Positions 53,132 to 63,638 of a DNA stretch of 64,000 nt are shown here, piece by piece. The notes beneath the pieces were generated by a model. It searched no databases and was not told the origin of the DNA. It saw only the letters and a program-made list of their open reading frames with translations. Position numbers and translations under genes: made by a program. Where the stretch lies: assembly GCA_965248435.1 (NCBI GenBank), contig OZ252100.1, positions 5,312,001 through 5,376,000 on the forward strand, read 5' to 3'. Within the stretch, counting starts at the first letter, position 1, and every line of letters starts with the position of its first letter. The DNA comes from Candidatus Latescibacterota bacterium. Its GTDB lineage: Bacteria > Latescibacterota > UBA2968 > GCA-2709665.

Positions 53132-53938
53132 ATGAGACGCGGTCACCTGGGGCAAGTGGACCTTGTCGAAGTAGGACCAGGTGTGCGCGTCATCCGAAAG
53201 AAGATGAAAGCGAAGTGCTACTTGGAGCGCCATCTCTTTGCCCTACAGAAGCTAAAGAATACAGGAGTCGTTCCGCGGCTAGATGTCTATCCGGAGGAGC
53301 TTACAATAGACTATGAGTACGTAGACGGAGCACATCTCGAGGACCTGAATCCCGAGACGTATGGTGACTGCCTCGAGAGTGCGGGAGCAGCAATGGCATT
53401 GATTCACTCCTTTCCCTTTAATACCTATGGTTTCGTTGACAGCCTTTCAGCAACGCGGAACGATTGGTGGTCTATTCAGGATGAACGATTCGATCAAATG
53501 CTCAAGGTGTGCCGTGAACATGGGGCAATCGGAGAAGATCTGAACATGAAAATAGACAGGGCATACAAAGAGCTTCGGTCTGGACTACCACTCGAGTACG
53601 ATTCCTGTCTTTCGCACTGTGACTTCAGTTCAGATAACCTGCTTTTCTGGCGTAAGGGCGACTTTTGGAAGTGTACTGTTATTGATTTCGACCATGCGCA
53701 GGCGTGTCCCCCGCACTATGACTTCGGGCGGGTTCAATTTGACTTGTTTGATAAGTGGCCTATGTACAAGCATTCCTTTTGCGATGGCTATAAAGCAATA
53801 AGAGTTCTTCCGGACCTAGAAAGGCTAATGCCCATCTATAGGGTATTGTGGCCACTGGACCTGATGGCTTGGGGATGTCGAAACGGAGCTAGTGGTCTTG
53901 TAAGGGAAAATGTCCAGATCCTTCAAGAGATAGATTAG
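53132..53938 (+). CDS. APH/choline-kinase-family phosphotransferase
   Basis: HCDFSSDNLL and IDFD motifs. Confidence 0.85.
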   Translation: MRRGHLGQVDLVEVGPGVRVIRKKMKAKCYLERHLFALQKLKNTGVVPRLDVYPEELTIDYEYVDGAHLEDLNPETYGDCLESAGAAMALIHSFPFNTYGFVDSLSATRNDWWSIQDERFDQMLKVCREHGAIGEDLNMKIDRAYKELRSGLPLEYDSCLSHCDFSSDNLLFWRKGDFWKCTVIDFDHAQACPPHYDFGRVQFDLFDKWPMYKHSFCDGYKAIRVLPDLERLMPIYRVLWPLDLMAWGCRNGASGLVRENVQILQEID

Positions 53939-54633
53939 GCACCCGATTCTTGAAATCGTTTCTATTCTGTCATAGCTATTGCCTCATCCTCCTCTAGGGG
54001 AAAGAATGCGCGTAGACTCACGCAAAGACCATCAGAAACTTTACCCATGGTTTCCAACCTGCTGTTAACGTCACCCCGCTCAATCTGACCTCGATACTTC
54101 CCCGGAGGATTTTGCTCAACTGCTTAGGCGATTTGGAATCGAAGACGCTGTTCTCTGGGTTCTTGAGCATATGGATCGGACACTGAATACTGGTATAGTT
54201 CCCTCACTTAATTTGCATTCATGTCTAAGTGAGTCTTGGCTAGCCAGTGCGTATGCCCTAGCGGTAAACTGCGCGGTTGGAACGGGACAATGCGTAAGCG
54301 ACTTCATTACAAGAAGCGTCGAGAGATTCTCGTGGAATCGTCTCCAAACAGTGGGGCTCCCCCCGGCCCTGTATCTGAGTAAGGAAGTCATAATAATCTG
54401 GCCAACGTCTTAATCAAGATTGTGGAGAAGAATCCAGTATATGCATTGTTAATTCGCCGCTAGATCGCCCCTTTGGCTTTGCTTGGTTACGGACCCAGGG
54501 GTCCGAATTCCTTTGGAGCAACCCTACCGCCGTTCACATCTCTTCAAACTGAGGAGTTAAGGTTTTCACCTCCCTTTCGGCTCTGGACACCGCAGGGGGA
54601 GCGACACTGAAGAAATCTCGGGCTCACACTCAA

Positions 54634-54854
54634 ATGGCCGCAAGAACCCATTCGGAACTGTTGAAGCGCTATCTGGGCTCCCAGAAACAGAAAGTAGCTA
54701 TACTGCTTGTATTACTGCTGGGAAACGCCACGCTCTTGCTTATTTATCCCCAAATTATCCGCACTTTCATCGACACTGCCAAAAGTGGTGGGTCACTGTC
54801 GACGCTAACTCAACTTTCCATTTTGTTTATTGTTCTAGTCATCGTGCGACAAGG
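54634..54854 (+). pseudogene. ABC transporter permease/ATPase N-terminus truncated by IS3
   Basis: LLKRYL...PQIIRTFID transmembrane start. Confidence 0.7.
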
Positions 54855-56104
54855 TGAGGCGTTTTGAAATTGTGGACACACCGAGAACCAAAGTATCTTC
54901 CGTCAGGAGGTGTGTCTATGAAAGGGAAACCGAAACGGACATTTGATTCCGATTTCAAGCGTGAAGCAGTCCGGATCGCGGATGCCGGCGACGTGACGGA
55001 TCGGCAGGTAGAGCGAGACCTGGGGCTGTACCAGGGAGCGATCCGCACGTGGCGCAAGGAACTTGAAGCCGACCCTGAAGAGTCCTTCCCGGGTACGGGG
55101 CACCAGAAGCCCCTGGAGGAGGAGAACCGCCGTCTGCGTCGCGAGCTGGAGATCGCTCGTGAGGAACGGGACATCCTAAAAAAAGCAGTCGCCATCTTTT
55201 CAAAGACACCGAAAGCCGGTTCCGGTTCATGAGGGACCACCGCTGGGAATTTTCGGTGGAGAGGATGGCGAAGGTCCTGGAGGTATCCAAGAGCGGTTTC
55301 TATGCCTGGCTGCTGCGGCCCGAGAGCGCCAGAAAGAGGGCCCGGCGGCTTCTGGACGCCCGAGTCAGAGCGGCGTTCGAGGCGCACAAAGCTCGCTACG
55401 GCAGCACGAAGATCGCCCGGTATTTGACCGGCCAGTGCCATCCGTGCAGCCGCACGCGAGTTGCCCAATCAATGCGCCGGCAGGGCCTGCGGTCGAAGGT
55501 CGCACGGAAGTTCAGGGCCACAACGGACTCGAATCACCATCTGGCTGCGGCGCCGAACCTGCTGGATCGCAATTTTGACATCGACGCGCCGAACAGGGTG
55601 TGGGCCAGCGACATTACGTATCTGCCGAGCAAGGCTGGCTGGTTGTATCTGGCGGTCTTCATCGACCTGTTCTCGCGGCGCATCGTCGGGTGGTGCGTGA
55701 GCACCAGCCTGCGGCACGAGATGGTCCTCAAGGCGCTCTCGCGTGCTATCCGTGCCCGGCGTCCGCCAAAGGGGCTGATGATCCACTCCGACCGCGGCAT
55801 CCAATACTGCTGCGAGGGGTTCCGGGAAAAGATCGCCGAATATGGGTTCGTCCAGAGCATGAGCCGAAAGGGGAACTGCTGGGACAACGCAGTGTCCGAG
55901 TCCCTTTTCCGGTCCCTCAAGACCGAGTGGGCTTACCACATCGACCTGGACGACCTCGAGCACGCCGAGCCAGAACTCTTCGAATACATCGAGGTCTTCT
56001 ACAACAACCAGCGGCTGCACGCGTCTTTGGATTACGTATCTCCAGCCGCCTTCGAACACCAAAAAGCGGCTTAGTTCACCGTCCACTTTTTCAAGGCCAC
56101 ATCA
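54855..56104 (+). mobile_element. IS3-family element A, copy 4
   Basis: OrfA 54918-55232, OrfB 55229-56074. Confidence 0.95.
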
Positions 56105-56329
56105 CAATTCGTCGGATCGCTAATCGTAGACAGAGATTTCAAATGCTGTCAGGATGGATTTGGGCAAGATACACCGGATGCTGGCAGGCCTTGCTGCACG
56201 TTTTGGAGACCGAGTTACACGCAAACGGCAAGAAACTAAATGGGCACAAAATTCTCCTTGCTTCAAGGTCACGCCCTCCATGTATGCCCTTTAATCTTGA
56301 ATTAACCCCGCAGCCACAGGGGAGGAAGT

Positions 56330-56995
56330 ATGCAGGAACTCAATATTGAAGCTTTTTTTTCAGTTCCGAAAATCGATTCTCCGCCTGCGCGATATTATAA
56401 AGACACACATAGAGACGAATTCCAGTTCTGCAAAGACGAGACCGGTGTAGAAGGGCTTGTAATGGAGTTCGGGGTCTTCGAAGGTAAAAGCATCAACGAT
56501 ATCGCACGCGTTTGGACCGATCAGCAAGTTTACGGTTTTGACAGTTTTGAGGGGCTACCTGAAGATTGGGATATGGGAGATGGCGTAGTATTTACAAAGG
56601 ACAGGTTTTTTAACGCAGGGGGCGTTTTGCCCGACGTACCCGATCATGTGACGTTAATAAAAGGCTTCTTTGACGCAAGCTTGCCGGGTTGGTGGAACGC
56701 AAATAAAAACCCAATTTCATTTTTAAATATTGATTCCGACCTTTATTCTTCTGCAATCTTCATTTTAGAGACACTAAATGACTACCTGTTACCTGGTGCG
56801 ATTGTGCGGTTCGACGAACTATGTGATTGGCGACTTTTCGATCCCCGGGAAACGCGCCCGCCAAAACATAAATATTACACTTGGGCTGAAAATGAATGGA
56901 AAGCCCTAAACGAATGGATTTCCAAATACGACCGGGAAGTCGCACCTTTAGCTCGCAACTACGCATTTTCGAGTATCGTACGAATCATAAAATGA
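56330..56995 (+). CDS. TylF/MycF-like O-methyltransferase
   Basis: EFGVFEG, GFDSFEGLPEDW, IDSDLYSS, FDE. Confidence 0.85.
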   Translation: MQELNIEAFFSVPKIDSPPARYYKDTHRDEFQFCKDETGVEGLVMEFGVFEGKSINDIARVWTDQQVYGFDSFEGLPEDWDMGDGVVFTKDRFFNAGGVLPDVPDHVTLIKGFFDASLPGWWNANKNPISFLNIDSDLYSSAIFILETLNDYLLPGAIVRFDELCDWRLFDPRETRPPKHKYYTWAENEWKALNEWISKYDREVAPLARNYAFSSIVRIIK

Positions 56996-57021
56996 CTTAT
57001 GGTGTGCCAGGGGCAGTCAGC

Positions 57022-57142
57022 GCGTAACAGGCAGTTTGTACGTCAGTCGCTTCGCTTCTTCGGCATGGCGGAAACCCCGGCTCCACACAACAATCCTAAC
57101 CCCACTCACGCCGGAGTCACAAACTGCCCAGACGCGTTACAC
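57022..57142 (+). repeat. attC-like site
   Basis: GCGTAACAGGCAGTTTGT...ACAAACTGCCCAGACGCGTTACAC. Confidence 0.8.
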
Positions 57143-57199
57143 GCAAGCACCCCACGGAACCACAGAACCAAGAAGCTGCCATTTCTGGGAGGTACTGAA

Positions 57200-58018
57200 A
57201 TGAAGCGCGGGCAATTGGCGAAGGTCCACAGAATCAGATCCGAATCCGGGTACGAGGTCATCCGTAAGGAAATGACTTCGATCGATTTCCTGAAGAGGCA
57301 CCTGAAGGTGATGGACCAACTCAAGGAGACTGGCATAGTCCCAGTACTGGTCAGCGTCGATGAGGCGAAGATTGCCCTTGAATACGAATTTGTAGATGGC
57401 AGGCATATCGATGAAATAGAAGAAGCCGAGCATGATCAAGTCTTCCGCATGGCAGGAGTCGTTCTGGCTCAGATGCACACCCATCATCTAGACGGCTTTG
57501 GAGTAGTTGACAACCTTAAGAAGGCAGAATCAGACTGGTGGTCTATCCAAGATGAGCGAATTGATCGGAAGCTATCGGTTTGCCTGGAATTCAAGACCCT
57601 GGAACAGCGGGAAGCAGACCGACTACGCGACATCTACTTCGAGCTTAGATCGTCTCTATCCGAGGAACACGAGTCTTGTCTAAGTCATTGCGACTACCGA
57701 TCGGACAATCTTCTTTTCATGAAGATGAAAGGCAATTGGAAGTGCATCGTCATAGATTTCGATCACGCTCAAGGAGCTCCTGCGCACTTCGACTTCGGTA
57801 GAATACAACTTGACCTGTTCGACCGTTGGCCAACACACAGAGACTCTTTCTGCCTAGGATACGAGAGCGTAAGACCATTGCCCAATCTGGCTGGAACACT
57901 ACCCGTCTACAGGATCCTATGGCCGCTCGACCTGTTGGCGTGGGGTTCCATCAATAAGGCTGAAGGTCTCACAAGTCGCATGAAACGACTGCTGGAAACA
58001 GAAAACGATCTGATTTAA
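57200..58018 (+). CDS. APH-family phosphotransferase, paralog of 53132-53938
   Basis: HCDYRSDNLL, IDFD; GGAGG RBS before ATG 57200. Confidence 0.85.
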   Translation: MKRGQLAKVHRIRSESGYEVIRKEMTSIDFLKRHLKVMDQLKETGIVPVLVSVDEAKIALEYEFVDGRHIDEIEEAEHDQVFRMAGVVLAQMHTHHLDGFGVVDNLKKAESDWWSIQDERIDRKLSVCLEFKTLEQREADRLRDIYFELRSSLSEEHESCLSHCDYRSDNLLFMKMKGNWKCIVIDFDHAQGAPAHFDFGRIQLDLFDRWPTHRDSFCLGYESVRPLPNLAGTLPVYRILWPLDLLAWGSINKAEGLTSRMKRLLETENDLI

Positions 58019-58085
58019 GGCGTGGGCAACCGGCGAATAAAACAAGAGGGCGCGCACAACCATCGCCTGCATTCAGGACGAGAGG

Positions 58086-58512
58086 TTGGTGCGCAATCGA
58101 GTCCCTTACCTAGCTTACAAGGCCTTTCAGTTCAATACTTGGAAGTCGGGAGTCCGGTGTTGGGAAGAAATGTCGCGCATCTTGGTAAAGAACGGTTTGT
58201 TCCTGCTCGTGATACTGTCAACAAGCCGAGACATCCCTCAGGGGAGCAAAGATGATCCCAGACATTGGCACAACTTTCCTCTCGCCAATTGAACATAAGA
58301 GAGGTATCACCTACCACCACTACTCGAAAGGAGAAGTTGAAGAGCTAAGAGTCAGGAACGTGTTGAGGATAATCGACGCACACGAGTCTACGGCGATTAG
58401 GACGGATGAACTAGATGGTCACAGGGTATGTGGAATTGAAGTTACTTTTATGCCACCTATGATTCTCGAAATGCCCAAGGAGGTGCCATACACTTATGAA
58501 ACTGATTACTGA
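58086..58512 (+). pseudogene. Methyltransferase-like C-terminal remnant
   Basis: EMSRILVKNGLFLL then frameshift to HHYSKGEVEEL. Confidence 0.4.
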
Positions 58513-59461
58513 ACGTGTACCCGAAGAACTAACTCCCAAACATGGCATGAAGTTAACCCCTGAACAAAGCGAGTTACTACCATCTGAGGAGGAGATAGCC
58601 CACTATAATGAGCATGGCTGGTACATATCGAAAGAGATTCTATCTGACGCTGAGATTGAAGATGCTTTTGCTGGTAGCGAACGTCATTACTCAGGTGAGC
58701 GTGACTATAGTCTTCCTATTCAAATTAGGAGTTTCTTAGATTGGACACCTGAGAAAGGAGAGGGACTACGGCTTAATGATTACATTGTAATACAGAATTT
58801 GCAAATACAAAAATTGGCATTTAATGCGCTAATAGGGGCGATTGCGTCACGCCTTTCCGGCAGTGATCGAATAAGGCTTTGGAATAGCCAGCTTATTTAT
58901 AAACCCTCCCAAGTTCAAGATGACAGGGTGAAGATTGGATGGCATGTCGATCGCGCTTACTGGAGGACTTGCACATCCGATCGAATGCTAACTGCCTGGA
59001 TTCCCTTACATGATTGTGATGAGACCACGGGAACCATGATAATGCTTGACGGTAGCCATCGGTGGCCTAGTAATGCGTCAGTGGATGAATTGAGAAGGGG
59101 GAAGACTTTCCTTATTCACGCGATTCCCGAGAGCTCTATATGTTCAGATGCATCCGAATTAGAAGCCAGGATTAGTTCATGTGGAATGCCGATCAACAAA
59201 GTGCCCATGAATCTTCATGCTGGACAAGTATGTTTTCATAATTGTCTTACATTTCATGGTAGTGGCCTGAATCGGAGTACAACAGACCGTCGTGTGGTTG
59301 TTATTCATCTGCAAGATGGAGAGAACAGATATAGAGTCTCTAAAGATGAGTCTGGCGAAGTCCATAGATATAACAACGATCTGATGTGTAGAAAATTGTC
59401 GGACGGCAGTCCGGATTATTCAGATCCTATCATATGTCCACTGTTGTGGGAGAATAAATGA
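58496..59461 (+). CDS. Phytanoyl-CoA dioxygenase (PhyH) family protein
   Basis: WHVD, TAWIPL, GSHRW, FHGSG..N. Confidence 0.9.
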   Translation: MKLITERVPEELTPKHGMKLTPEQSELLPSEEEIAHYNEHGWYISKEILSDAEIEDAFAGSERHYSGERDYSLPIQIRSFLDWTPEKGEGLRLNDYIVIQNLQIQKLAFNALIGAIASRLSGSDRIRLWNSQLIYKPSQVQDDRVKIGWHVDRAYWRTCTSDRMLTAWIPLHDCDETTGTMIMLDGSHRWPSNASVDELRRGKTFLIHAIPESSICSDASELEARISSCGMPINKVPMNLHAGQVCFHNCLTFHGSGLNRSTTDRRVVVIHLQDGENRYRVSKDESGEVHRYNNDLMCRKLSDGSPDYSDPIICPLLWENK

Positions 59462-60175
59462 CGCCGGGCAATTTTGGTGCCTTGGCAAAGTCTGGGGTTT
59501 GATTGGACACTCAGCGAGCAGTAAGAATGTTAGATATTTCTTTTCTAAAGGGCTGTCTAATTTCCATATTTGGACCAACTCCTAACGAGTCCGTTTTCGA
59601 AGTGGATGTAGAATAGGGTTCGCCGCTTCATTGCGCCTGTATACCCACTGTTCAGTCGTGGCCCAGGCGCCCGTCGTCTCGTTTATGGTTGTAGGAGTAC
59701 CCCAGCAAGCTCTTGCCTCCCTCTTTTGACATGCCCCCTCTAGCTGGCCGATCGCGAGCACGCGCCGTCGACACTCCAGATTTGTCGGAGGGTTTCCCGT
59801 TCGGTTTGTCGGGTTGATTGACGGACGTGACGATCTGGTTGGTACGAAAGATTGCAACTCCATGCCCCGAACTTAGAGGAATTGAGAAGTACTGACGCCC
59901 GGATGATTTTGGAGCATGTCGTTCCTGAAGAAGAAGAGAAGAGAGCGATCCTTCGAGGTATGAGCCAAGCTGAGGTCCACCTGACAAATCCGAAAGTCTT
60001 CTGTAATTGATTTCACGCGGTTACCCGCTCTGGACTCACCTGAATGGGCCAAATTTCCGGAAGCTTATGAGGTCAGGCAATTTACCATAAGAGATCTCAA
60101 TGGTCATAGGTTTCATTTTCACAACAGTGTTGAACTGTGAGGGAAGTCATTTATAGAATCAGTGAGCCAGGTGAC

Positions 60176-60724
60176 ATGATCGACAAACTAGATAAGAGAG
60201 AGGGAGCCCTGCTCCCACACGTCTCTCTAAGCCGTCCTGTGACGGTCACGATGTGTTTGGTGGCCCTCATGGTAGTCGGGGTGTTGGCGCTTAAACGAAT
60301 TCCGATTCAGGATTTTCCTTTTGGACTTGAGGCCAGGACAATTTCGGTATGGGTTCCTGTGCAGAGGAATACGCCAACGATAGAAAAGGATCAGTACATC
60401 GCACAGCCTATGATAGAGTACCTGAAGGCCGTAAAAGGGTTGCGGAGGCTGTGGACGAGCAGTGAAACCTGGGGCGTCCATACTCGCCTCGAGTTTCGGA
60501 ACGACATGGACATGGCCCTAGCATATGGCAAGGTAACGGAGGCAGTTGAGCTGATGAGGCCTTTGCTGCCTGAGGAGGTTCGCCAAGACATCAGAATTTG
60601 GAAATACGACAAGGATGCAGATGAGGAGATTCTCTGGATCGGCATCTCCATGCCGGATCACGTTGAAAATTACCACGATTACATACATACTACGGTGCAG
60701 CGGCCCTTGGAGCGAATTGATGGG
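60176..60724 (+). pseudogene. AcrB/AcrD/AcrF RND permease N-terminal fragment
   Basis: SLSRPVTVTM...PLERIDG; truncated by the repeat. Confidence 0.75.
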
Positions 60725-62245
60725 GCTTGCTGCTGCAGAATCGGAAGTCGTTCCCGATACAGAGCAGAAGGAAGAAGCTGATGCTGACACCAGTGGGATC
60801 CAGGACCAACTCCAGCCATCCTTGAAAGATTGGAACAAGGAATTCCAGGTCCACAAATACAAAGTTCAGTTCAAGCCCGAGATTTTTTCTGCGAACGCGG
60901 GGTTCGACACATTCTACGGTGTTAGCAGTCTGGTCTCGCTCTCTTTGAGTGATGTGCTGGGCGACCACCGTTTGATCATACAGACCGGCCTGAGCTTTTC
61001 GCTCAAAGACAGCGACTTATTCGTAACGTATGCGAATCTGAAGCGGCAGACGAATTACTATGCGCAGGTCTTTCATACGAGACTCTTCTTCTTCAGCAAC
61101 AACGTCCTGAATGCGGACCGATACTATGGCCTGGTGTTGGGGATTGAAAAACCCTTTAACCGGTTTAGCCGTTTCGAGGGGGGTGCACGATTCATCACCA
61201 TCTCAAGAGAGCGGCTGGACACCTTTAACAACCAATTCGTGCGCGGTGGTTTCGTGGGCGGGACGACTCGAGGCCTTGATGGGACGCCAATCGCGACGGA
61301 GCGGGCCTTCATCTCGGAGGTGGCATTGGTGGACGACAGTACGATGTGGGGACTCTACGGTCCGGTCGACGGACGCAGGGCTCGGATCTCTTTCGAGGGG
61401 AGTGCTGCCGGGATGAAGTTCGGCACGGCTCGCATGGATGTGCGTAAATATTTCCGGGTGCTCAAGGAGTATACGTTCGCACTACGACTCGCAGGCGGGA
61501 CGAGTTTCGGACGAAACAAAGAGGTCTTCTACGTCGGAGGGGTGAACAACCCGGTCAATCCGAGGTTCTCCACCGCGAGTACTAATGTGGATCCCAACAG
61601 GGTCGGTTTCTCCAGTTTCGTTTGGCCGCTGAGGGGCGTAGAGCTGTTTGACCTGGCCGGAGATAGCTTTGTCCTGGCGAATGTCGCGTTTCGATTTCCT
61701 TTGCTCCACCAGTTGGCGATGGGATGGCCGTTGCCCTTCTTTTTCCAGAACGTCCAGGGCGAGCTCTTCCTCGACGTCGGGAGCGCCTTCAATCGGGATG
61801 GCTTTAATCCCTGGGAATATCGGGACGGAGGTTTCGAACTTCGGGACCTCAAGGCGGGCTACGGACTGGGTGCACGGGTGAATCTGGGCATTTTCCTCTT
61901 CCGATACGATCTGGCCTGGCCGACCGATTTCGCTCAGACCTTCAGTCCCTTGCAGTACTTCTCTGTCGATGTGACCGGTCTGTTTTAACGTGTAACCTCA
62001 ACACGGTGGCGGCGTGGTAGCAGCATCTGGTCTTCAGCCGGGACAGAAATCCAGAATTTGTTCTCATTGCGGGTGTGAGATTCCCGCAAAGGTATCAACC
62101 TGCGACTTCTGTGGTGGGAGTCTGGATCCAGTTACGTCGAAAGGTGAGGGAGTATGCTGGAGTTGTCGTATCGTGGCGGGAATCTCTGGTCTGATTCTCC
62201 TGGTCGGGCTGGCGATATTTCTGTTTCAGGCCAGCCAGCCCTGAG
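60725..62245 (+). repeat. Right copy of ~1.52 kb direct repeat (headless BamA-like 3' half to 61988)
   Basis: See 669-2189. Confidence 0.95.
62014..62244 (+). CDS. Small Zn-ribbon membrane protein, second copy
   Basis: 4 aa differences from 1958-2188. Confidence 0.6.
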   Translation: MVAASGLQPGQKSRICSHCGCEIPAKVSTCDFCGGSLDPVTSKGEGVCWSCRIVAGISGLILLVGLAIFLFQASQP

Positions 62246-62290
62246 GGTGAGGATGCTTGAAAGATTGGGTTGGCCTGTGGGATTCAGTAA

Positions 62291-62605
62291 ATGGGAGTAA
62301 AAGAGTTCTATATTGATGGCGTGATGTTGATCGCTGCTGGAGACTTCAACGGGGCGATCGGGTCGTTTCACAAGGCCCTTGAAGCGGATTCGCGGTTCTA
62401 CATGGCGCACCTGGGCTTGTCCCAGGCCCTGGACAAGCAGGGCAAGGTAGACGAGGCGATAACTCAAGCTAGAAGAGCGATAGAAATTGCGCCTGAAGAG
62501 CCGCTGGCCCACGCAAGTCTCTCCCGGTTACTGCAACAGAAGGGGCTGATCCCCGAGGCAGAAGAGGAGATGGCCGAATCTATGCGACTTCAGGGCGAGA
62601 TCTAA
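62291..62605 (+). CDS. TPR-repeat protein
   Basis: GDFNGAIGSFHKALEAD, GKVDEAITQARRAIEIAP. Confidence 0.85.
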   Translation: MGVKEFYIDGVMLIAAGDFNGAIGSFHKALEADSRFYMAHLGLSQALDKQGKVDEAITQARRAIEIAPEEPLAHASLSRLLQQKGLIPEAEEEMAESMRLQGEI

Positions 62606-62626
62606 AAGCTAAGATCGGTTGGTTAG

Positions 62627-62659
62627 AAAAGGGGGACGTGAAAACGTCCCCCTTTTTTT
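62627..62659 (+). terminator. Rho-independent terminator (likely bidirectional)
   Basis: AAAAGGGGGACGT-GAAA-ACGTCCCCCTTTTTTT. Confidence 0.85.
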
Positions 62660-62695
62660 GTTTTCTTGGATTTAAAAAGGGTTTAGTTTCAGAAA

Positions 62696-63637
62696 ATGGG
62701 AGAAGATATGACGGATGATTTCGAGGGCGTTTTTCCGATCCTGGCCACCCCCTTTGACGAGGGGGGAAACATCGATCTGGAATCATTGGAACGAACTGTC
62801 CGGTTCATGGTAGACATCGAAGTGGATGGACTCACGGTTCTGGGCGTGGCGGGTGAGGCCAACCGGATGGTGGATGGGGAACGGGAACGAGTCATTCGGA
62901 CGGTCATCGAGGTCGCCGCTGGGCGAATACCCATCATCGTCGGAACGAGCTACAGCGGGACCGCGCCCACGCGGGCGCTGAGCCAAATGGCGGAATCGCT
63001 GGGTGCGGATGGGGTAATGGTCGCCCCCTCGCGCGAGCCTGTACCGAACGAGGGGCGTATCTTTGAGTTCTTTCAGCAGGTCGCTGAGGGAATTTCGATC
63101 TCGATCGTGGTTCAGGACCATCCGGCTTCGACTCAGGTACATATGTCGGTCCCCCTCATGCTCAAATTGATCAAGGAGATTCCCCAGGTCGCATGCATCA
63201 AGGAAGAGGATGTTCCGACAGCGCCGAAGATTTCCGCGCTCTTGGCAGGTATGTCGGAGCGGAAGATCCCCATTTTGACCGGGTTGGGCGCGCTCTATGG
63301 GTACTTTGATCTGTCAAGGGGGTCGAAAGGATTCATGACGGGGTTTGGGTTCCCCGAGGTGATGCAGGCCATAGTCCACGCTGCACGCCAAGAACGGTTT
63401 GACAAGGTGCGGGAGGTCTATCATCGGTTCCTGCCCCTGATCGTATACGAGCAGCAGCCTGGCGTCGCGATTCGAAAGGAAGTGCTGAGGCTGCGTGGGC
63501 TGATCGCCCACAACAAGGTTCGGCACCCCGGAGCCTCGATCGATGAAGCAACGTCCCTCCAACTGAGGGGCCTGTTGGATGACGTACTTGGGGATGTCGA
63601 CATTACGAAACCTGTCGAAGTAGACGGCGAAACCTAA
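62696..63637 (+). CDS. Dihydrodipicolinate synthase (DapA-like) family protein
   Basis: ATPF, GVAGE, GADGVMVAP, IKEE. Confidence 0.9.
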   Translation: MGEDMTDDFEGVFPILATPFDEGGNIDLESLERTVRFMVDIEVDGLTVLGVAGEANRMVDGERERVIRTVIEVAAGRIPIIVGTSYSGTAPTRALSQMAESLGADGVMVAPSREPVPNEGRIFEFFQQVAEGISISIVVQDHPASTQVHMSVPLMLKLIKEIPQVACIKEEDVPTAPKISALLAGMSERKIPILTGLGALYGYFDLSRGSKGFMTGFGFPEVMQAIVHAARQERFDKVREVYHRFLPLIVYEQQPGVAIRKEVLRLRGLIAHNKVRHPGASIDEATSLQLRGLLDDVLGDVDITKPVEVDGET

Positions 63638-63638
63638 A

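Noticed and set aside
54007-54413. Cys-ending short peptide MRVDSRKDHQKLYPWFPTCC as RiPP precursor
   Set aside because: The frame continues protein-like after the stop, more consistent with a decayed gene remnant
59582-59987. Functional gene
   Set aside because: Only a frameshifted WGTP..INET..EQWVY remnant
60615-61988. Intact second BamA-like gene
   Set aside because: N-terminus is out-of-frame AcrB sequence; only the duplicated 3' half is real
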